The position numbers and the translations under genes were made by a program. From positions 17,785 to 81,784 of the forward strand of contig JAZKFH010000046.1 in the NCBI GenBank assembly GCA_040386535.1: a DNA stretch of 64,000 bases, in the 5' to 3' direction. Of this stretch, positions 63,104 through 64,000 are shown in pieces. The notes under the pieces are model-generated. The model did no database searches. It saw nothing but the letters and a program-made list of their open reading frames with translations, and was not told where the DNA came from. The stretch's first letter is position 1. Each line of letters opens with the position of its first letter. The DNA comes from Myxococcota bacterium. GTDB lineage: Bacteria; Myxococcota_A; UBA796; SXON01.

Positions 63104-63564
63104 AACTTGTCGAGCCGCGCGGCGGTGAGCTTGAAGCCCGGCGGCACGCGGCCGGTGCGGATGGGCTCCTCCGTCACGTCGTCCACGCAGGTGAGGACGG
63201 CGTGCGGATCGTCTTCATCCGCCGCCACGTCGAGATCGGCGCGCACGCGCTGACCATCGGTACGCACGTACGACAGCGTCTTGTGGAGCTGCGCGCGGGC
63301 GTGGTGCTCGTGGCGCCGGATGACCTCGCTCGCGGTCTTCACCAGCGTCATGAACGCGGAGGCGTCGAGCGGCTTGGGGTTCTTCTTGTCGCGCCCCATG
63401 GTCCACGGGCCGACCAGCGCGGGCTCGGCCTCGCCCACGAGCGTCATCTCGACCGCCCAGCCCTCGTCGTCCTCGTTCTTGATGACCTTCGCGATCCACC
63501 CGTTGCGTTGCCACAACTTGGGTGTCATCACGTCATCCGGCTTCTCCTGCTCGTCGTCCAGCAT
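63085..63564 (-). CDS. Conserved hypothetical protein
   Basis: Strong codon bias; motif WAVEM..PALVGPWTMGRDKKNPKPLD..AF.TLVKTA.E. Confidence 0.75.
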   Translation of the reverse strand: MLDDEQEKPDDVMTPKLWQRNGWIAKVIKNEDDEGWAVEMTLVGEAEPALVGPWTMGRDKKNPKPLDASAFMTLVKTASEVIRRHEHHARAQLHKTLSYVRTDGQRVRADLDVAADEDDPHAVLTCVDDVTEEPIRTGRVPPGFKLTAARLDKFIATGE

Positions 63565-63629
63565 CGGGATCCCCTGAACAGGTGTATATCCCGGCGCCGC
63601 TTCGGGTGCGAGGCGATGGGCCGTGTGGG

Positions 63630-63786
63630 GGGCGCCCCCCGCGAGGACGCGGGGCGGGTCGGCTCCGGGCGTCGCGGCAAAGCCGCTCGGTCGGCCGGGC
63701 GAAGCACACGGTCGCAGTATCCGAAAACCGCTGCCGCCCGGCCGGACCAGCCGCCAGGGGCGGCTGCCCTCCGCGCCCCTGGCGCG
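63630..63786 (-). repeat. Structured dispersed repeat family I, copy F
   Basis: Near-identical scaffold to copy E, with a different P3 interior. Confidence 0.8.
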
Positions 63787-63891
63787 CGTGGGGGTGGGCC
63801 GTGTCGGGCTGTCGGCATCCGGGGGTACGAAGTGGCGCTCCAGGGCCTTCGCGTCATCCCCGGGGTAGATGCCGTATTTGGGGCCGAGATA

Positions 63892-64000
63892 GTGTGATCG
63901 GTTTCAGTCGGTCCTCGCCCGAGCATCGAGTTTGGTTCGCGGGAGGGACCGGAGTCGGCCGATGACCGAGCATCTCTCGACCGCGGTCCGCCTGGGAGGA
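63892..64000 (+). repeat. Hairpin repeat family III, runs off the window end
   Basis: GTGTGATCGGTTTCAGTC, then GGACCGGAGTCGGCCGATGACCGAGCATCTCTCGAC..GGTCCGCCTGGGAGGA. Confidence 0.7.

Noticed and set aside
49305..63909. A single 14.6-kb transposon bounded by the 18-bp inverted motifs
   Set aside because: Contains housekeeping trpS, with no transposase or integrase and no evident compositional shift.

Overview
Very GC-rich bacterial chromosomal window, most likely an uncultured Myxococcota-type organism; this is inferred from four MYXO-CTERM-like C-termini and many 'putative metal-binding motif' (Cu-binding_MopE-like, DxDxDG...DCDD...P...E.CDG.D.DCDG) repeat proteins. About 40 CDS. The window is dominated by secreted or lipoprotein surface proteins: 7 MopE-repeat proteins with varied head domains, FG-GAP proteins, two CotH kinases, DT/DS-repeat lipoproteins and a PHM-like copper monooxygenase. 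It also carries SulP, a B12 radical SAM enzyme, a CDF transporter, a PAS/GAF histidine kinase, mutS2, a sulfotransferase-DUF1214 fusion, YcaC, a ~1980-aa DUF4011/SF1 helicase/Vsr-like protein, an L,D-transpeptidase and trpS. No rRNA, tRNA, CRISPR array or transposase was recognised. Most notable observations: (1) a 7-copy intergenic element with a conserved multi-branch fold supported by compensatory base changes; (2) about 11 lipoproteins with extremely short (7-12 aa), uncharged signal peptides, several on apparently leaderless mRNAs; (3) further repeat families, including a MITE-like pair bracketing the sulfotransferase; (4) three apparent CTG starts. All domain calls come from motif recognition by eye, not from database searches.
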